The notes below the pieces were generated by a model. The model saw only the letters and a list, made by a program, of their open reading frames with translations. It was not told the DNA's origin and made no database searches. A DNA stretch of 60,988 nucleotides, counting the filler, from Nemertoderma westbladi (taxonomy: Eukaryota > Animalia > Xenacoelomorpha), in the NCBI GenBank assembly GCA_032718475.1. It is 4 parts of 4 records of this genome, joined end to end, with 100 filler letters (N's around TTAATTAATTAA, not from the genome) between each part and the next. Parts side by side here need not be neighbours in the genome. Positions count along the whole stretch, not along the records: positions 27,295 to 44,134 come from JAUCBJ010002650.1; positions 44,235 to 54,202 come from JAUCBJ010001538.1; 2 more parts are not named here. The stretch is one strand, 5' to 3'. Of the stretch, positions 38,174 to 50,765 are shown in pieces. Each line of letters starts with the position of its first letter. The first letter of the stretch is position 1. A program made the position numbers and the translations under genes.

Positions 38174-40259
38174 TCATTAATCATAATCAAACGCCTTACT
38201 TAGACCTAAGTGGTATGGACCTACATCAGTTGTTATTTTGATGTAAATCATTAACCATTTTAAGTAAATACTGTACATATATAATTTTAATGCAATCGTT
38301 TTATTTAAAAACCAAACCATTTTATATTTTACTGCTCTATGAAAATTTTATTGAATTTTTAGTCTTTTAGTAAATATTGTACACTATATAATTTTAATGC
38401 AATCATTTTACTTAGAAACTGTTTGTTATTCTTATGAATTTTACTGTATAGCTAAACCATTTTAAATGCAAGCACGTTGTCACAATTTTATAGTACTGTT
38501 CTGTTATTTTTATGAAATTTTATTGAATTGACCTACTGTACGTGTAATTTTACTTAATTTTATTGCATAGCCAATACACTTTACTGTATGATTTATACAA
38601 TGAGATACTGCTTGACATTTTATTTGTTTAACATCTTAATGTACATAAATAATCGATCCTAGACATGTGTTATATTGTACAATATAAACTCTCTTTCTCT
38701 TTCTAAATTCAATACCGTAAGATATTTTAGACAAATTTGTGCGTTGTAATCTCACTAGGGGGCGACCCCGTCACGTTATCGTGTATCAGTCCAGCAGTCC
38801 CACCAAGCTCATCTTTGCATTGTCAGCTACTGAGTCAGGCAAACCGATTAGGTACAGTGTACCATGGACCGCCAGCTGGTATAGGCCCCTAACTCTAGTA
38901 CTGTAGTAGTACTATACTGCTGTACTACAGTAGTACAGTACCAGTAGTAAATAACGTCAGCGTGATACTTTTAATTAGGATACGGGATACACTACTGCAC
39001 TAAAGTTGTACCATTTGTTTACAGTACCCAGTGCCAATACTGGTATATCCCAGTATCCTGCCTTGTCTAGTCTATACACATAATACTGTAATACCAGAAT
39101 ACAGTAATAAGTCAGTAATCTGTTACTGTACCTTATGCTTACAGTAGTAGAGTTGTCCTTGGCTGTAACATAAGGGTATTGATTTTACAATCTCCCATTC
39201 CCCCCAACGTTTAAAAATTTAAATTTTTATTTTTAAATCACTGATTTATTTTATTTTATTTCACGTGATTTTATTGTATTGTATATCGTATCGTATTTTG
39301 AGTGTAATTGTAATTTTCATTTCATCATATGTTCAGCTAAAAGATAAATCAATTATCTTTTTGATGATGTACACCATTAGGTGTATTTTGAGTGCAATAA
39401 TAATAATAATTGTACTTATTTTAATTTTTTAAACAGTGGAAAACCTACTGTATAATTGTGTAATAATTCTATTTACCGTGTTTATTATTATTTAACAACA
39501 ATCCCGTGTAACACGCAGTAGCTTATTTATAAGTTGATGCCAGGTATAATTGTTTTTTGTATTTATGTATTTCAACATGTGTGGCGAAATAAACTAAACT
39601 AAACTAAACTAAATTGGGCGAATCAATTGCCCGGGCTAACTCAGCAATCAGGGTGACCGCTCCCTAACCGGTGAGGCAGAAGTACAGTCTACAGAAACAG
39701 ACCAAACTTGCGAGAAAACAATCCCCGCGTAGCGAATCCTAACTACAACAGTCAAAAGGGGGTAATATCAGTAGAACAGAAATCTTAAGACGCGTGTGTG
39801 TGTGTGTGTGTTATGGTAAAGTGAAATGTTTTGTGACGTGATACCTACGAGGTTTTGGTGACTTTTAACAAAATAATAATAATATCGGGCGCTAGCTACT
39901 GAATAAGCTAGTCGCTCTTTGTAGGCGCAATACTTACAAACTGACGTCAAAGGGGCTCTCTCCTCCTATATTCACAACTCGATCAGGCAAGTACGCTGTC
40001 AGTAACTACACCCATAATCGGCACTTGATACCAGACTCTGATTGTGAAAATAGAGAATAGGATGTTAATTGCTACCATACCACTAGCTGATCTGGTATGT
40101 AATTTTATTCTAGAAACTTTGTTGCCACGGTGGTATGCAGCAAATACCTAGCAGTATGTGGCAAGGGCGCGGTAGGGTGTAAGTAACCGCCCTTTAGCCT
40201 AAATGGTTTGCCGGTAGCAGGAAAGCTGCCCTTTGCCTGAGCAAATACGTCAAACCCAG

Positions 40260-40875
40260 GGTACGTACTAAAAGGCAGAACGATCTATAACGGGCTATAA
40301 CGATCTATAACGGGCTATAACTTCCTATAAAAAAGCTATAACCACCTATAACGAGCTATAATATGAAAATTTACATTAAAAAACGCCCCTTGGGTGTGTT
40401 TAACTTTTGGATTAACACAGTGGTCTGAAAAATACCGCAGGTTAAAAATTAGGGTAGGCCTATCTGCCTATGCCTAATTGATACTGGTAAGTTTTTTTTA
40501 TTGGCCTATATTGCTCAATATATTCCTGTATTCTATATCGACCAGAAGCTGACAGCGGATAGCAGGATGGAGGATGATAGAGAGATGGGAGACCTCTCCA
40601 CTGCTGCACTGTCTGATAGTCAGATAATGAGAAGTGGCAGGCTGACTAAAGCAGTAATGACTGATTTCGTGATACCACAAAGATGAAAAGCATTATGGAC
40701 TAAGAAACCAAATTTCGTAATTAAATTACTGACTAAGGAAATAAATCACTTCTAAAATATGTTTTTTTATTGTAAATTTTCAGATTATAGCTCGTTATAG
40801 GTGGTTATAGCTTGTTATAGGAAGTTATAGCCCGTTATAGCCCGTTATAGATAGCTCTACCTTTTAGTACGTACC
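40260..40875 (+). mobile_element. Mutator-type MITE, copy 1
   Basis: TIR GGTACGTACTAAAAGG / CCTTTTAGTACGTACC, CTATAAC sub-terminal repeats, 9-bp TSD CAAACCCAG (40251-40259, 40876-40884). Confidence 0.92.
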
Positions 40876-40931
40876 CAAACCCAGACAGATCAGTTGACAG
40901 CAAGGCATACAGTGCTAACCGGTACTGAATC

Positions 40932-41532
40932 GGTACGTACTAAAGGGTAGAACGATCTATAACGGGTTATAACGATCTATAACGGGCTATAACTTCCTAT
41001 AAACAAGCTATAACCACCTATAACGAGCTATAATCTGAAAATTGACAATAAAAAAAACATTTTAGAATGGATTTATTTTCCTAGTCAGTAATTTAATTAC
41101 GCAATTTGGTTTCTTAGTCCATAATGATTTTCATCTTTGTGGTATTACGAAATCAGTCTTTACTGCATTAGTCAGCATGCCAATACTGCACTATATGACT
41201 ATCATACAGTGCAGCAGTGGAGAGGTCTCCCATCTCTCTATCATCCTCCATCCTGCTATCCGCTGTCAGCTTCTGGTCGATATAGAATAGAGGAATATAG
41301 TGAGCAATATGGGCCAATATAAAAAAAACTTACCAGTATCAATTAGGCATAGGCAGATAAGCCTACCCTAATTTTTAACCGTCGGTATTTTTCAGACCAC
41401 CGTGTTAATCCAAAAGTTAAACACACCCAAGGGACGTTTTTTTAATGTAAATTTTCATATTATAGCTCGTTATAGGGGGTTTTAGCTTGTTTTTAGCTTG
41501 TTTATAGATCGTTCTACCTTTTAGTACGTACC
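40932..41532 (-). mobile_element. Mutator-type MITE, copy 2 (inverted relative to copy 1)
   Basis: Same TIRs, with the interior reverse-complementary to copy 1. 9-bp TSD TACTGAATC (40923-40931, 41533-41541). Confidence 0.92.
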
Positions 41533-43029
41533 TACTGAATCGCTAGTACGGTAAAGTCACCAAATTATAGAGTGTGCTCTGTGCTGTTTGCACGAAGTGT
41601 ACTTACACGTACTAGAAAACAGCACCAGCTCGCACCTACCTGTAGGTGATGCAGGTCAACTGTGGGGTTTCTGTTTGAACTCAAGATATTTAACTCCTAA
41701 ATTTTATGGCGTCCAGAACGTCGTCAAACTTTACCCTGATCTATAGTCTTACAGCGGATAAAGGCGTCGAACAAAGTCTTACCTCTGGCATGGGCACGCT
41801 CAGGCTGTCGAATCATGGTCTAGGTGGGCACGGGTGAATGGTGTGGGTCCCTTATGCGTTGCGGGCATTCCCCCCCCCCCCCCCCCCCCCTTGCATTGCT
41901 GTTCCCTAGGGATTTAGGCAGCCATCCTCTAATGTTTGGCTGTTCGAGATAGATACACTAAAAACTACATGTTCGAGTTTGCAGTATATTTAACGTAAGT
42001 AACAAAATAGTTTAAACAAACTTACAGAAGAAGAGAGTTTACAATTAACAAGTTAAGATTAGATGATAACCAAAGGGCAAACGGCACCTTATATAGTAAA
42101 TCTGGGGTATGGAATAACACTAGAACCTTCTACAACATTCCATGAGCTCGCATTGGCCCAATAAATTATTTAACACACACCATCAGTCCAGCTAATCAGT
42201 TCTATCTGTTGTACGCACGCTATTGGTTCAGCTATTTTAACGTAATCGAAATAAATGTGTGCAAAAATACAAATTTACCGAATGAGATTTTAACCCTTGA
42301 CCTAATCTACGACACGACCTACGCGTTAACCTACTGGGCTATTGGACCAGGCGATGTAAGAGTGTCAAAAGATATTCGATATGGCAAATATACAGTTTTT
42401 AAACAAGTCGCAGAAGCAAAGCAAATGTATCTAAATTTTTATTAAAGTTTTTACGTAAGACTAATGTACAAATAGATATCTAAGTGAGATATTTCCACAG
42501 ACACACCAGCGTTGAATTCGAATATCTTACTTTCAAGTGCCCCTTTTAAATAAACTTCGCCTATATTTGGGTATTATCGAAAATATATTTGATCTTGTTG
42601 TCAAGTTGATCACAGCTGATTGTTATAAAACTCTCCAACTGCTATTCTTCACAGTGTCTACTCAGTGTACGAGTTGAGATCCTGATTATTCGTGCAATGT
42701 TGCGCTTTTTAAAGTTTAGCTCGTATAAGAACCTTATTTGCTCAGTAGGAATTGCGTAATGCAGTCTTCCACCACTATTTTCACCAGGGGGCGATAACAT
42801 TGCTATTAGCAATTTAAAAAGGTTACATTTAGGCCCACACTATAAACCGAATTAGGCCTATGAAGCAGGAATAAGCCTCCAACACAAATAATGTTTCCAA
42901 TAATAATATAAAATACCTACCGAAAAATCTCAATATTTTTTTGCAATAAAAAGGTAATTTCCAGCCGAAAAAATGTCTACATATGCTATATTGAACAAAT
43001 TATAATTTATACAAATTAATTTTTAATAG

Positions 43030-43686
43030 ATGATTGTGAATATAAATCATGGTGGCCTTTAAATTATGACGATCGTGGTGATGAAAAACTAGGTAAATTC
43101 AATGGGATATTGCATGGAGCTGTAAAATATGGTCCAGGACCAGGGGGGATTGAAGATCAAGCAATGGGATTTCATCATGGTTATGTGTCAATTGGCCATG
43201 GGAGTGATGAATTAACTTCAGAGACATTTACAATGTTGATGTTTGTTAAGAGGAGTGGAGGAGGAACTGGACCGATATATGAATTTGGAACAACATCATC
43301 AATTGGTTCACATTTCTGGAGTCATGGTGCAATCACCTCTCTGTGGTACAATCCCATGATTACTGGTGTTGCAGGACAAGAAGTTGCCAGTGCTGTTGTT
43401 CTAGATGAATGGCATATGGTTGCTATTGGAAGAAGTCAAGGAAATAGACAACAGTTTATTTACAGTCGGCGTGTTGGAAGTGATTTCCATATCAGAAGGG
43501 AGGTTGATACAGTGAACACTGAAAGATGTCCTGTAGATATGTCTAGTGATCTTAATTTGGGGAAACGTCTTCAAGGTGGACATGCATATCCCGGATATAT
43601 TGCCCATGCACGGTATTACGGCTGTTACCTATCAGTAGAAGAGCTTGATAATACTTATAATGAACTTTTACATAGTGTAACAAAAG
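43030..43686 (+). CDS. LamG/pentraxin-like repeat exon D
   Basis: taatag|AT GAT TGT ... AAA G|gttagt, 657 nt, phase 1-1, open. Closest to exon A. Confidence 0.85.
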
Positions 43687-44134
43687 GTTAGTTTGATGGA
43701 TTAGATAAATATATAATTTAATGCAATTAAGTTAATATGCATTAATATAATATTTATATATACTTAAGATATGCATTAATATAATGCATAAATATAATAT
43801 ATATATTTAAGATATGCATTAATATAATGCATAAATATAATATATATATTTAAGATGAATGTTCTCATCCAGGTATTTACCAATCTTCACATCCCAATCC
43901 CTCTTTTTGAAGGTGATGGAGTAACACAAGTTGGCTCCTCAGAGTAGGAACGGAATAAAGTGCCATATATATATAATGTAAAAATTTAATAATTTTTTTC
44001 CAGGCATACCTGGTATATCCACAACAAATATAATTTCCATAACTTATTGATCTTAAATTGTATTGTGGCCTCCTGGTCTTCGCAATAAATGAATATAAAT
44101 TGTTTGTTTCTAATCTCACTTATTTACCGGTATA

Positions 44135-44234
44135 NNNNNNNNNNNNNNNNNNNNNNNNNNNNNNNNNNNNNNNNNNNNTTAATTAATTAANNNNNNNNNN
44201 NNNNNNNNNNNNNNNNNNNNNNNNNNNNNNNNNN
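44135..44234. other. Assembly gap with linker
   Basis: N-run + TTAATTAATTAA + N-run. Confidence 0.97.
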
Positions 44235-47200
44235 AGCCCTAGAAAGGCCAGACATTGACTAGCCCTAGAAAGGCCAGACATTGACTAGCCCTAGAAAGGC
44301 CAGACATTGACTAGCCCTAGAAAGGCCAGACATTGACTACCCCTAGAAAGGCCAGACATTGACTAGCCCTAGAAAGGCCAGACATTGACTAGCCCTAGAA
44401 AGGCCAGACATTGACTAGCCCTAGAAAGGCCAGACATTGACTAGCCCTAGAAAGGCCAGACATTGACTAGCCCTAGAAAGGCCAGACATTGACTAGCCCT
44501 AGAAAGGCCAGACATTGACTACCCCTAGAAAGGCCAGACATTGACTAGCCCTAGAAAGGCCAGACATTGACTAGCCCTAGAAAGGCCAGACATTGACTAG
44601 CCCTAGAAAGGCCAGACATTGACTAGCCCTAGAAAGGCCAGACATTGACTAGCCCTAGAAAGGCCAGACATTGACTAGCCCTAGAAAGGCCAGACATTGA
44701 CTACCCCTAGAAAGGCCAGACATTGACTAGCCCTAGAAAGGCCAGACATTGACTAGCCCTAGAAAGGCCAGACATTGACTAGCCCTAGAAAGGCCAGACA
44801 TTGACTAGCCCTAGAAAGGCCAGACATTGACTAGCCCTAGAAAGGCCAGACATTGACTAGCCCTAGAAAGGCCAGACATTGACTAGCCCTAGAAAGGCCA
44901 GACATTGACTAGCCCTAGAAAGGCCAGACATTGACTAGCCCTAGAAAGGCCAGACATTGACTAGCCCTAGAAAGGCCAGACATTGACTAGCCCTAGAAAG
45001 GCCAGACATTGACTAGCCCTAGAAAGGCCAGACATTGACTAGCCCTAGAAAGGCCAGACATTGACTAGCCCTAGAAAGGCCAGACATTGACTAGCCCTAG
45101 AAAGGCCAGACATTGACTAGCCCTAGAAAGGCCAGACATTGACTACCCCTAGAAAGGCCAGACATTGACTAGCCCTAGAAAGGCCAGACATTGACTAGCC
45201 CTAGAAAGGCCAGACATTGACTAGCCCTAGAAAGGCCAGACATTGACTAGCCCTAGAAAGGCCAGACATTGACTAGCCCTAGAAAGGCCAGACATTGACT
45301 AGCCCTAGAAAGGCCAGACATTGACTAGCCCTAGAAAGGCCAGACATTGACTAGCCCTAGAAAGGCCAGACATTGACTAGCCCTAGAAAGGCCAGACATT
45401 GACTAGCCCTAGAAAGGCCAGACATTGACTAGCCCTAGAAAGGCCAGACATTGACTAGCCCTAGAAAGGCCAGACATTGACTAGCCCTAGAAAGGCCAGA
45501 CATTGACTAGCCCTAGAAAGGCCAGACATTGACTAGCCCTAGAAAGGCCAGACATTGACTAGCCCTAGAAAGGCCAGACATTGACTAGCCCTAGAAAGGC
45601 CAGACATTGACTAGCCCTAGAAAGGCCAGACATTGACTAGCCCTAGAAAGGCCAGACATTGACTAGCCCTAGAAAGGCCAGACATTGACTAGCCCTAGAA
45701 AGGCCAGACATTGACTAGCCCTAGAAAGGCCAGACATTGACTAGCCCTAGAAAGGCCAGACATTGACTAGCCCTAGAAAGGCCAGACATTGACTAGCCCT
45801 AGAAAGGCCAGACATTGACTAGCCCTAGAAAGGCCAGACATTGACTAGCCCTAGAAAGGCCAGACATTGACTAGCCCTAGAAAGGCCAGACATTGACTAC
45901 CCCTAGAAAGGCCAGACATTGACTAGCCCTAGAAAGGCCAGACATTGACTAGCCCTAGAAAGGCCAGACATTGACTAGCCCTAGAAAGGCCAGACATTGA
46001 CTAGCCCTAGAAAGGCCAGACATTGACTAGCCCTAGAAAGGCCAGACATTGACTACCCCTAGAAAGGCCAGACATTGACTAGCCCTAGAAAGGCCAGACA
46101 TTGACTAGCCCTAGAAAGGCCAGACATTGACTACCCCTAGAAACTACTACTACTAGGATCGGCATGCTGCATTGCAGCTGCATTTTTAAGAATGCTGTGC
46201 CGGCTTGTCGACAAAATTGCACCGCCACAACTCCCTATCACCCATGACATTTGCTAGATCATCCGCATCTTCAAGGCCAGTGTCCTTTAAGATGCGTCTC
46301 AAGAAAGTCATGGGCTGTCCACCATGCTTATTCACTCCATGAGGCTGCCAAAGTACAAGATTATGCACTGGCTGGTCCTCACGGCGAAAGCAATGTCCTG
46401 CAAAGCGTAGGCGATTTTGTTCTAGTGTCAAGCTTGGGGGAACCTATGAGACACCTCCAATCTTATATAGTGTCTGGTTGGAGATGTGTGCATTGAACTT
46501 GACACAATGAACCCGGCGTAGCATTCTTGTGAATGTGCCCTCCAGAGATTTGGTGTCCTCAGCAGTTAGAGCCCAGCATGGACTCCCATAGAGGAGTACT
46601 GGAACTACTGCTGCTCTAAATAATGGGACCTTAAGTTTCCGATTAATTCTAGGTGACTTCCAAATCCTGGAAAGCCTATTCAAGGCTGCCCATGCCTTTC
46701 CCTTACGTATTCGAAGGTCCTCACCTGACTTCCGGATCCATGATCCCAGGTAACAGAAGTCATCCACATGCTCAAGCATACCATCTTTTGAGCTTATGCT
46801 CATCCGATCAGAGACTTGCTGAGGACTTTCAAAGTTAACTGTCAAAATTTTGGTCTTTCTGGAGTTAATAAAAAGACCAACACTAGAAGCAGCATGTTCT
46901 AATGAGCTGAGGAGCCGTTGGGCTCCCTCTAGTGATTCTGAGAGTACTCCTAAGTCATCAGCAAAGTCTAGATCAGTTAGGTACTTGGCAGGATTTCCTC
47001 GACTTCTGGAGCCAGTAGGTGGAGTTATCATGACCCCATCATCATTATGATGATCTAAGGACATGCGTAGAACATAGTCAACAACAATTATGATCAAGAA
47101 TGGTGCAAGTGTGTCTCCCTGGAGGACGCCCCATATCACTTCAAATGGTTCTGTGTCACCGTCAACAGTAGACACAAATGTTGTCGAACCATCGTATACT

Positions 47201-48687
47201 GATTTGATTGCTGCAATAATTTCATCAGGAATCCCATATAATGAAAGTATGCTGAACATACGTGAGCGAGAGACTGAATCAAAGGCCTTGAAGAAGTCAA
47301 CAAAGATAACAGCCAGATGCCTGTCTTTCTTTTTTGATAACTCTTCAATTATCCTTCTAAGTACCAAAATGGGCTCCATGGTCCCACGACCTTTACGGAA
47401 CCCATTCTGATTTCCACGGAGCAGTCCCTCAATGGGATCCCTGATGCAATTTAATAGAATTCTATTGTATAGCTTTGCAGCAATCGAGATCAATGAGATT
47501 CCTCGAAAAGAACCATAGAGTGTTAGGTTGCCCTTCTTGGGAACTGGCACCAACTTATTTGTTTTCATTTCTTGTGGGACTCTTGTTGTACGGTACATGT
47601 CTACTATGATGGGATAGATGAGCTTTAAACACTCAGGTATTTTAAAGACCTCAGGGGGAACACCATCTACTCCACTGGCACGATTGGTCTTAATGCTCTT
47701 TGCAGCAGCCTTCACTTCTGCAAAGGAGATATCACCAATGGGAATATCTGGGAGTACAGACTCAGACACTTTTACTTCTATAAAGTTATCAGGCAATACC
47801 CTGTCATTATTGAGGAGCTTTTCAAAGTGGGCCTTCCAACCATTGAGGCGATCGGCTGGTGATTCAGCCTTAACCTTGGTGGCTGGTTGGCTTTTTCGAC
47901 CAGCAAGCAAGTTGATCGATCTCCATGCCTGGGATGATTGCCTGCTGTCGTCAGCATCATTGATGGCATCAACCTGTTGGTTTATTAGCTCCTGTAAATT
48001 AACAGAGTACTGCCTGTTCAGGGACCTAGATGCAGCCTTAACTGCATTCTTGGCCGCTGTAGTCTGTTTGAGTCGGGACTCTTTCTGCGCCTTGTACCCC
48101 TAGAAAGGCCAGACATTGACTACCCCTAGAAAGGCCAGACATTGACTAGCCCTAGAAAGGCCAGACATTGACTACCCCTAGAAAGGCCAGACATTGACTA
48201 GCCCTAGAAAGGCCAGACATTGACTACCCCTAGAAAAGCCAGACATTGACTAGCCCTAGAAAGGCCAGACATTGACTAGCCCTAGAAAGGCCAGACATTG
48301 ACTACCCCTAGAAAGGCCAGACATTGACTAGCCCTAGAAAGGCCAGACATTGACTAGCACTAGAAAGGCCACAAATTGACTAGCCCTAGAAAGGCCAGAC
48401 ATTGACTACCCCTAGAAAGGCCAGACATTGACTAGCCCTAGAAAGGCCAGACATTGACTAGCCCTAGAAAGGCCAGACATTGACTACCCCTAGAAAGGCC
48501 AGACATTGACTAGCCCTAGAAAGGCCAGACATTGACTAGCCCTAGAAAGGCCACAAATTGACTACCCCTAGAAAGGCCAGACATTGACTAGCCCTAGAAA
48601 GGCCAGACATTGACTACCCCTAGAAAGGCCAGACATTGACTAGCCATAGAAAGGCCAGACATTGACTAGCCCTAGAAAAGCCAGACT
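44235..48687 (+). repeat. 26-bp satellite AGCCCTAGAAAGGCCAGACATTGACT, split by an RTE insertion
   Basis: Highly homogeneous units at 44235-46143 and 48095-48687. The main variant is ACCCCT for AGCCCT. Confidence 0.98.
46144..48094 (-). mobile_element. 5'-truncated RTE-clade LINE (RT domain, frameshift near 46440)
   Basis: FRGISL, NQNGFR, FVDFFKAFDS, GVLQGDTLAPFL, DFADD, YLGS and LRFAGH. (TAG)n tail. 12-bp TSD TACCCCTAGAAA (46132-46143, 48095-48106). Confidence 0.95.
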
Positions 48688-48914
48688 TATATGAGCATGA
48701 TTATCTTCTATGAGTCCCACATAGTCCATCTGCAAAGTTTCAAGTAATTACACCAAGGCATTATGGAGAAAAGTGTACCCAAAGATGGAAAAATGACAAC
48801 GCGAGTAAAATGCGGTTAAAGTTTAATGAAGCAATAAATGTTTCATTTATTTGTTGAGCCCTAATATCAATTTTAAATAAGTTTATAGTCAAGTTCACAA
48901 TCTCAGTTAGGTCT

Positions 48915-50460
48915 CTAGAACTTTCCTGCACCATACTCAGTACCAGAGTCTCCAATTAGTTTATGTTTTTGGCTCTTTGATCCAGATATACCCTCCTCGA
49001 TTGCCTTCTGTGATCGCTCTGTGCAATGGACCCGACGATGATCTATGGCTCTGAGACCTCTTCTACAGTGGATTCCAACACTGCAGCCCATCTCCTGAAG
49101 AACTCCTATTCTTGATACTGCCCCATCATTGACGGTCAATACAGAATCATGCAATGATATAGCCAGCACAACTCTTCCAACAAATACACGCTTAGGGCAT
49201 CGAGACCACATCACATTATTGAAACTCTCATTAACGTTCTGTGTTTTTCCATGAAGACATCTCCTCGGTAGATCAGGACGGCTACGGTCCTTATAGATTG
49301 GTTTGATGAGAGCAGCTATAGCATCTGGGATAGGTTTCTTATGTGAATAAGAGGTATGACTGTATTGGCTTCTATTATAATGACACCACGCGGATTCTCC
49401 CTTTTGGCAGAGCTGATGTTGAGGATGTTTCATGAAAGTATGTGGACCATACAGCTCTTCTCGTATTATCAACTGAAATGCGTCCTACACCACCTATTGA
49501 CTTCTTATCACACAGCTTCCTTCCATTGTACGATGACTTCAAGTCATGTAATCTGGTACCCATTCTCTTCTGGACGTGTCCGTTACACTCAAGTTTCTCA
49601 ATTGTCACATCACTGCCATAAGCTCATGACTTAGCATGACTCAGCAACCGTTTTGAAACTTGAGCTATCGCCATCTCCAAGCTATTTAGTATACCTGACA
49701 CCACAATATGCCTTCGAACGGCTAAATATCGCTAAAGCATCCGCGGCTTCCATGCCTCCACTGGTTCCTTCATAATTTTTCGGACAGTGTGTACTATGAG
49801 CAGCTTTAGCGGCAGCACTTGGGTTCTTTACTGATGAACACCAATGACAATGCTTGCTAAGACATTCACAATCAATGACCTTTCCATTATCAAATCCTAT
49901 AACACTAACAATGCCAATGAGAGAGGTATGGCCCCTCTCCTGCCATGATCCGTCGATGCTCATTGGTATATCAGTCATGACTGTGGCTTCTTTGTTGGCA
50001 GTTACAGCCTCTGCGGCAGCACGATTCATAGAGGCTTCAGCACAAAGTTGAACTGCTGGTAGTATTGCCTTCTGTTGGGTGTGGAAGAACTTTGTAACAG
50101 TTGATGGCAATTCCATAATTGACAAGAATGTATCACCCTGAATCTTTGGAATGCCTATGGATGGAATGAAAGCCATATGCAGACCTAAGATTGATATCAA
50201 ACTGTTGCCTCTGATGACTGCTATCTACTTTTGGTGAAGAATAGAACTCATTATCATCATTACAAGACTCACAAACCATTACAAGTCTCACAGCAAGACC
50301 CTCTATGGGAGAACATTTGAGACCAAGTTCACCATGACAGGATATGCATACTGCACCCTCAGTTATTGCATTTGCGAGTGATTTGAGGTTTATTGTTGCA
50401 TTTCCTGATAAGTCATTAGCTGCAGTACCGGTACTACCCTGAATATCATCTTGAAGTGAA
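48915..50460 (-). pseudogene. Decayed Mutator-like (MULE) transposase
   Basis: Fragments CISCHG...VCESC, SIDGSWQERGH, KVIDCECLSKHCHWC, NYEGTSGGME, LGDGDSS, EKLECNGHVQKRMG, HQLC...WC and TQNVNESFN. Interrupted by a stop and frameshifts. Confidence 0.88.
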
Positions 50461-50574
50461 TCTACATTCTACAACCAGTTTCCACTTTGAGGCCGAGACC
50501 CGTTTGAGCTTTTTTTTGGGAATTTTTTTCCCGCTTTGAACTCAAATGCTGATTGCCGCGGAATTTAACTTTAG

Positions 50575-50765
50575 CATGGTGGACAGCCCATGACTTTCGT
50601 GAGACGCATCTTAAAGGACACTGGCCTTGAAGATGCGGATGATCTAGCAAATGTCATGGGTGATAGGGAGTTGTGGCGGTGCAATTTTATTGACAAGCCG
50701 GCACAGCATTCTTAAAAATGCAGCTGCAATGCAGCATGCCGATCCTAGTAGTAGTAGTATAGTAG
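50575..50765 (+). mobile_element. 5'-truncated RTE LINE copy
   Basis: Reverse complement of 46144-46328. (TAG)n tail. TSD TAACTTTAG (50566-50574, 50766-50774). Confidence 0.9.

Larger units (their letters stand above)
32650..39613 (+). mobile_element. Near full-length CR1/L2-group LINE in the intron between LamG exons C and D
   Basis: ORF1, repeat linker, APE-RT ORF2, long AT-rich 3' region and an (AAACT)n tail at 39591-39610. The 5' end is approximate, no TSD was seen, and the 3' region may include other insertions. Confidence 0.8.

Noticed and set aside
44235-48687. CRISPR-like array of 26-bp repeats
   Set aside because: The units are head-to-tail with no unique spacers, there are no cas genes, and the context is eukaryotic.
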